NCBI GenBank assembly: GCA_016930515.1
Contig: JAFGGO010000132.1
Span: forward strand, 1-23,832
Source: Promethearchaeota archaeon
Lineage (GTDB): Archaea; Asgardarchaeota; Lokiarchaeia; Sigyniarchaeales; SOKP01
DNA length: 23,832 nt
Direction: 5' to 3'
The position numbers were made by a program, and so were the translations under genes. This document shows, one piece after another, positions 19,377 to 23,832 of the stretch. The first letter of the stretch is position 1. Each line of letters starts with the position of its first letter. The notes beneath the pieces were generated by a model. The model was not told the DNA's origin. It ran no database searches and saw only the letters and a program-made list of their open reading frames with translations.

Positions 19377-20363
19377 ATGTGGTCAAAGAAAGTGTTATTA
19401 GGCGTGTTGGCAGGGTTTATCGTATTGATTCTAATATCTACGGGAATTATCATCTATAATTATAATCTATCTAACAATTCTTCCAAAAATTACGAATATG
19501 TTTTAGAATACGATGGCCTTGAAAGATATTATCTTGTACATATTCCTTCTTCTTATAACAAAAACGAAAAAACGCCTTTAGTCATGGTTTTTCACGGTGG
19601 AGGAGGTCATCCAGGTTCAATAAAATACGAATCTGAGATGGATATAGTTTCAGATGAAAATGGATTTATTGTAGTATATCCTGCTGGAACTCCAACAAAT
19701 GAATTTTATAAAAATAGATTATTGATCTGGAACGATGGAAGAAATTTTAGCGATGGAACGCCAAATACTGTTGATGATGTTGGATTTGTAGAAGAAGTTT
19801 TAAAGGACATTAAAGAAAAATTCAATATAGATGATACAATGGTTTACGCTTGTGGTTTTTCGAATGGCGCTCAATTTACGTATCGTCTTTCAAAACAAAT
19901 GACCCATAAGCTTGCAGCAATATCAACCGTTGCGGGTCAGAGGCCGGCTAACGATACTTTTGATTCAACACCTTCAAGACCAATTTCCATTATGCAATTT
20001 TCAGGATTAAACGACCCGATATCTCCATATGATGGAGGCCCTCCAACAGTAGGAGAACCGTTATTAGAAGCAGATGCATACCCTGTTGTTGAATCAATTG
20101 ACTCATGGGTAGAATTTGATGGATGTTCAACTGAACCGGAAGAAGATAGGATTGGAGATGCGGTTATGAAAAAATATATTTCAATTGAAAATAATACTGA
20201 AGTCATACTATGGACGCTCGAAAACGGAGGACACACATGGCCTGGGGGAAATGTTGATCCCAGTGTTGAATTATTAGGATTAGGAGATATGGGAGGAATT
20301 AATGAAGATATTCGTGCTTCTGAGTTAATGTGGAAATTTTTCAAAAAACACTCTTTGAATTAA
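19377..20363 (+). CDS. LpqC / PHB-depolymerase-family alpha/beta-hydrolase esterase with N-terminal membrane anchor
   Basis: PLVMVFHGGGG, GFIVVYPAG, DDVGFV, nucleophile motif GFSNG and catalytic His in GGHTWPG. ATG 19377 is preferred over GTG 19368. Confidence 0.88.
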   Translation: MWSKKVLLGVLAGFIVLILISTGIIIYNYNLSNNSSKNYEYVLEYDGLERYYLVHIPSSYNKNEKTPLVMVFHGGGGHPGSIKYESEMDIVSDENGFIVVYPAGTPTNEFYKNRLLIWNDGRNFSDGTPNTVDDVGFVEEVLKDIKEKFNIDDTMVYACGFSNGAQFTYRLSKQMTHKLAAISTVAGQRPANDTFDSTPSRPISIMQFSGLNDPISPYDGGPPTVGEPLLEADAYPVVESIDSWVEFDGCSTEPEEDRIGDAVMKKYISIENNTEVILWTLENGGHTWPGGNVDPSVELLGLGDMGGINEDIRASELMWKFFKKHSLN

Positions 20364-20395
20364 ATTCAATATAGAAAAATACTTTATCTTATAAA

Positions 20396-20477
20396 TTTTT
20401 TCTAATAGATTTATCATATCTCTCGCGAGGTTTTTTTATATTTAAATAAAAATAGATTTAAAAAATCCCTCGTTTTT
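20396..20477. repeat. Direct repeat copy 2 (duplicate of the GTPase start region plus promoter-like element)
   Basis: The 19-bp block (20396-20414) and the 29-bp block (20449-20477) are identical to copy 1; the spacer between them has diverged. Confidence 0.9.
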
Positions 20478-20542
20478 TTATACATAAACGGAGATTTTTT
20501 TCAATCATTAAAAAATTTAAAAACAATAAACCGATCAAAATC

Positions 20543-21043
20543 ATGACAACTCATAAAGAAAAAGAAAACGATCTTAAACCAGAGCCAATCTCAGAAGTCG
20601 TAAAAAAGATGAAAAAAGAATACGATAAGGACCCAAAAGATTGGTGGCTCATCGGTTCGAATGATAAAGAAGGAAACACGGACACCTTCGTAAGAAAATC
20701 TCCCAACGCTTTTTGGTTAAAATCCAAACAGTTAAGCCCCTACTCTTCTTTATCTATGGGCTCTGTAGTTAGGAACATTGACAGGGATATAGACGAGCAA
20801 GTTGGACAGAATATGAAAATACTATCTCCAAACGACATGCTTCGCTTTTTTGGAATGGTGGTACCCATTCAACAAAATAAAAGCGTTATAACGGCAGGTT
20901 TAGAAAAATATTCTCCAAAGCAAGGAGATTATTTGAAAAAAGTTATAAGTGAAAGAGAACCTAATTTAGGATATCAAATGGCAAAACGAATAGATGAAGA
21001 ATTTACCAAAAACCACCCACAAAGAAAGAATCTATATATTTAA
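20543..21043 (+). CDS. Hypothetical soluble protein (resembles an uncharacterised archaeal family)
   Basis: 166-aa ORF with a clean ATG and TAA. The DPKDW...D.F...LK....PY....G...R.ID.DI pattern is recalled from archaeal hypothetical proteins. Confidence 0.75.
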   Translation: MTTHKEKENDLKPEPISEVVKKMKKEYDKDPKDWWLIGSNDKEGNTDTFVRKSPNAFWLKSKQLSPYSSLSMGSVVRNIDRDIDEQVGQNMKILSPNDMLRFFGMVVPIQQNKSVITAGLEKYSPKQGDYLKKVISEREPNLGYQMAKRIDEEFTKNHPQRKNLYI

Positions 21044-21129
21044 CCAAAATCTTTTTATATCTGGAAAGTAAATAGGCTTTTATATGTGAATCATATTTGG
21101 AACTTGCTATTTAATAAAGAGATTATAAA

Positions 21130-22173
21130 ATGGAACCAAATAATTTATATGCATTTTTCATCGTTCTTTCTGTAATTTATACAATTTCATTGTTATTGAT
21201 GGGTATAATAATTACTATTAGATCTTATAGGTTAAAATTAAATAATTTGTGTTTTTTTGGTCTTGCAGCAATATCAAATGTAGTATCGCAAGTTGGGAAT
21301 ATATTTTTAAAGCTTGATGTATTTTTTGAATCAATTTTTGTTTCTTTAGCCATTTTTCTATTTTTAATATTCACGCATTTAACTTTTTATAAGGAAAGGC
21401 ACATAAAAACAGCGCGAATTGTCCTTATAGTTGGCGTGATTAACTATTTTTCTATATGTTATTTTGGTTTTATTTACGCATACATTCCCTCTTTTGTAGA
21501 ATTCTATTTATACTTGTTTCAAATATTTATTGAGCGTTTGATCGTGTTTGGGTGGACTTCATATTCTGCGTGTATTGCTTATAAAAAGATTAGAAATAGA
21601 TCCATTCAACCGTGGATTAAATCGAGATACAAAATCTTAGCAATTTCATCTTTCATTATGGTCATTCAACCACTTTCGCTTTTCTTCATTCCTTACGGTT
21701 CTACTTACGGTGATCCCTCTCCTTTAAGCAGTTTAATCGTGTTTGGAGTTTCCGTAATAATGACATTAATTTTCGTTTTTGGAATATATGTAGCAATGGT
21801 AATGCCAAAAAGGATCCGTAATTATCTAAATAGAGATTATGGACCTTCAGAGATTTTTAAATTAGCTGACAAAGAAATAACTGAAATGATAAAATATCTG
21901 GGAGATTGCCTTTCGTTAAAGCTTAAATTTAGTCCCAGTGCTGCGCGGGGTTTGCTTAAATTAGCAATCATAGACCAATATAGTGGTTTCAAACCCATTG
22001 AGAAATTAACCTATAGCGATTTAAAACTTGTTCTAAATAATAAATTACATGAAAGAATAGAGAAATTAAAATCTGAAGGAAAAGTTGATATTGAGGACAT
22101 CGATCTTTTGATAAATAAACTCAAGGATCAATTAATTCAAGGTCAATCCTTGATTAGTTTGAGTAGAATTTGA
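21130..22173 (+). CDS. Seven-TM membrane protein with a C-terminal soluble helical domain of about 110 aa
   Basis: Seven hydrophobic segments in the first ~265 aa, with basic loops after TM1, TM3, TM5 and TM7. A soluble tail follows (IKYLGDCLS...SPSAARGLLKLAI...). Confidence 0.75.
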   Translation: MEPNNLYAFFIVLSVIYTISLLLMGIIITIRSYRLKLNNLCFFGLAAISNVVSQVGNIFLKLDVFFESIFVSLAIFLFLIFTHLTFYKERHIKTARIVLIVGVINYFSICYFGFIYAYIPSFVEFYLYLFQIFIERLIVFGWTSYSACIAYKKIRNRSIQPWIKSRYKILAISSFIMVIQPLSLFFIPYGSTYGDPSPLSSLIVFGVSVIMTLIFVFGIYVAMVMPKRIRNYLNRDYGPSEIFKLADKEITEMIKYLGDCLSLKLKFSPSAARGLLKLAIIDQYSGFKPIEKLTYSDLKLVLNNKLHERIEKLKSEGKVDIEDIDLLINKLKDQLIQGQSLISLSRI

Positions 22174-22178
22174 AATAA

Positions 22179-22601
22179 TTATAGTCTCTCCTTGAGTTTC
22201 GCAAGTTCGTCCTTAGTTTTTATGATTGGAAAATTCGCTGCGTAATTCGCAGAGTTATTTATCAATTCTTGGGTGATAGCCTGGATTTTTTCTGAGCCTG
22301 ATTTACCCTCCAATCCTTTTGCAAATTCCTTAATTGAAATTACCTTAAAATCCTCAACATATCCGCTCACGCCTTTCGAAAGCTCTTCTCCGAGGAGAAA
22401 TTGATAGCTTAAATCTGCGTCTCGTTCGGATTTGTAAAGTGGCTCGTCCGGATCTTCAAACGTGTAGGAAACCTCTAGCCAACGGCTGCCGCTAGCATCT
22501 TTTGGGATCATGCCATAGATGTAATCATCGGTATATATCCAAAATGGAGTAATTCCCTTGTCAAACGATGTATCAATTATATTTTTAAATTCTTCTGCCA
22601 T
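22179..22601 (-). CDS. Hypothetical acidic soluble protein
   Basis: 140-aa ORF with protein-like composition, divergent from nadE, with a TATA-like TTTTATATAA upstream. Confidence 0.8.
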   Translation of the reverse strand: MAEEFKNIIDTSFDKGITPFWIYTDDYIYGMIPKDASGSRWLEVSYTFEDPDEPLYKSERDADLSYQFLLGEELSKGVSGYVEDFKVISIKEFAKGLEGKSGSEKIQAITQELINNSANYAANFPIIKTKDELAKLKERL

Positions 22602-22635
22602 TTGTTATCAAGCTCGGTTTATTGATTAATATTAG

Positions 22636-22700
22636 TAGTTATATAAAAGTAATCTAATTTCTAAAAATCTTATAATAATAGTAATACTAGTTATATAAAA
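22636..22700. promoter_or_regulatory. Two TATA-like boxes in the divergent intergenic region
   Basis: tagttatataaaa occurs at 22636-22648 and 22688-22700, each about 35-45 nt from one of the two divergent start codons. Confidence 0.45.
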
Positions 22701-22743
22701 AATTTTCAAATAAAATATTTGTTAAAATTACAAGAGATAGAAT

Positions 22744-23502
22744 ATGAGAAAAATAGATTATAATAAGTTAAGTGATCACTTGGTAAAATGGATAAAGGAC
22801 TATATTGAAGAAGCAAGAGCAGAAGGTGTTGTTGTTGGATTGAGCGGAGGAATAGATAGCGCGACCACGGCTGCTTTATGTACTAAAGCGATAGGAAGGG
22901 ATAGAGTATTTTCCTTTAATTTACCTTGTGAATCTATTGAAAAGGACTACGAAGACGCCAACATGATCGCTGAACATTTAGGAATTGAATTCCACAGATT
23001 TGATTTGACAAATGTATATCAAGAATTCTTTCGAACCATTGTTCCACCTTTTGGAACTACGACTATGGCAAGAGCCAATGTGAAACCTCGATTAAGAATG
23101 CTAACTAGTTATTTTTTCGCACAATCGTTAGGTAATTATCTCGTAGCAGGAACGGGCAACAGAACCGAACTTGCTATAGGATATTTCACGAAATATGGCG
23201 ATGGTGGTGTCGATTTCGAACCTATAGGAAATTTATATAAGTGCGAAGTAAGAGAAGTAGCGAGAATACTAAGCATTCCCGAAGAGATCATCAACAAAGC
23301 TCCTTCAGCAGGTTTATGGGAAGGTCAAACTGATGAAGGTGAAATAGGAATTACATATGGAGTCTTAGATGAAATAATTTATAGAAAAGATAACAACTTG
23401 GATATGAGCGATTTAAACAAAGAAGATGTAGAAAAAGTTAATAAAATGATGAAATTGGCAAGCCATAAACTAAAAATGCCACCACATTTTCAGATCTTAT
23501 AG
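22744..23502 (+). CDS. nadE: NH3-dependent NAD+ synthetase
   Basis: GLSGGIDS PP-loop, NVKPRLRM, GTGNRTE, GYFTKYGDG and KAPSAGLWEGQTDE. No glutaminase domain. Confidence 0.96.
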   Translation: MRKIDYNKLSDHLVKWIKDYIEEARAEGVVVGLSGGIDSATTAALCTKAIGRDRVFSFNLPCESIEKDYEDANMIAEHLGIEFHRFDLTNVYQEFFRTIVPPFGTTTMARANVKPRLRMLTSYFFAQSLGNYLVAGTGNRTELAIGYFTKYGDGGVDFEPIGNLYKCEVREVARILSIPEEIINKAPSAGLWEGQTDEGEIGITYGVLDEIIYRKDNNLDMSDLNKEDVEKVNKMMKLASHKLKMPPHFQIL

Positions 23503-23832
23503 CTTTGAAATTGCGGCACGGATTTTATTAATATTTACCGAGATCTGCTTTAATCTCAGGCTAAGTTGTTCGCCTTGTTTTTTGAATTCTCCCTGTGTGA
23601 TTTGTTTTAATGAGAATTCTTCCTTTAATTCTTTAAATCTTTTTTCAATACTGTATCGCTTTCCTTCAAGAGCAATGAGGTCTTGATATAATTCGTCCTT
23701 GTTTTTTGATAGATTTTCGTAATCAATGTATTTTTCTTCATAAAGATCTTCTTTGATTTCTTTCTTCACAGTAAAGCTTATCGGTTCTTCTTCGTGTTTT
23801 TTCTTTTTTTTTTTTTTTTTTTTTCCTTTTTC
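23497..23832 (-). CDS. 3' part of a coiled-coil protein; 5' end lies outside the window
   Basis: The frame of ORF 23497..23769 stays open to the window edge (EKG-K9-HEEEPISFTVKKEIK...). The C-terminus is heptad-like and charged. Confidence 0.65.
   Translation of the reverse strand, partial: EKGKKKKKKKKKHEEEPISFTVKKEIKEDLYEEKYIDYENLSKNKDELYQDLIALEGKRYSIEKRFKELKEEFSLKQITQGEFKKQGEQLSLRLKQISVNINKIRAAISKL

Noticed and set aside
16398-20344. ORFs at 16398, 16914, 17605, 18678 and 19937
   Set aside because: They are antisense shadows of the methyltransferase, GTPase and esterase.
1-23832. CRISPR array, tRNA/rRNA genes, IS elements
   Set aside because: By eye I found no regularly spaced repeats, cloverleaf or rRNA-like GC-rich segments, transposase ORFs or terminal inverted repeats.

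Overview
AT-rich prokaryotic window, most likely from an Asgard archaeon (Lokiarchaeia-like). This assignment is inferred from a C-terminal PGY+TM+basic sorting signal (Loki-CTERM-like), an MglA-type small GTPase, archaeal TATA and poly-T signals, and an NH3-dependent NadE. The window holds about 20 CDSs: a tandem pair of immunity-like proteins (DUF2004, DUF4241), an amidohydrolase/DUF6125-like/VanZ cluster, an OYE-family flavin oxidoreductase with a frameshifted and truncated tandem paralog, two PKD-containing surface proteins, a P2A Ca2+-ATPase, an orphan N6-adenine DNA methyltransferase with a Cys-rich insert, an MglA-like GTPase, an LpqC-like esterase, a 7TM membrane protein and nadE. I saw no rRNA, tRNA, CRISPR array or transposase. 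The clearest unexplained structure is a duplication of the GTPase promoter and first codons that brackets the esterase gene like an insertion scar. Removing that insert would place the roadblock-less GTPase head-to-head with a soluble protein and a 7TM receptor-like gene, a speculative signalling module. All family calls come from motif recognition by eye; no searches were run.
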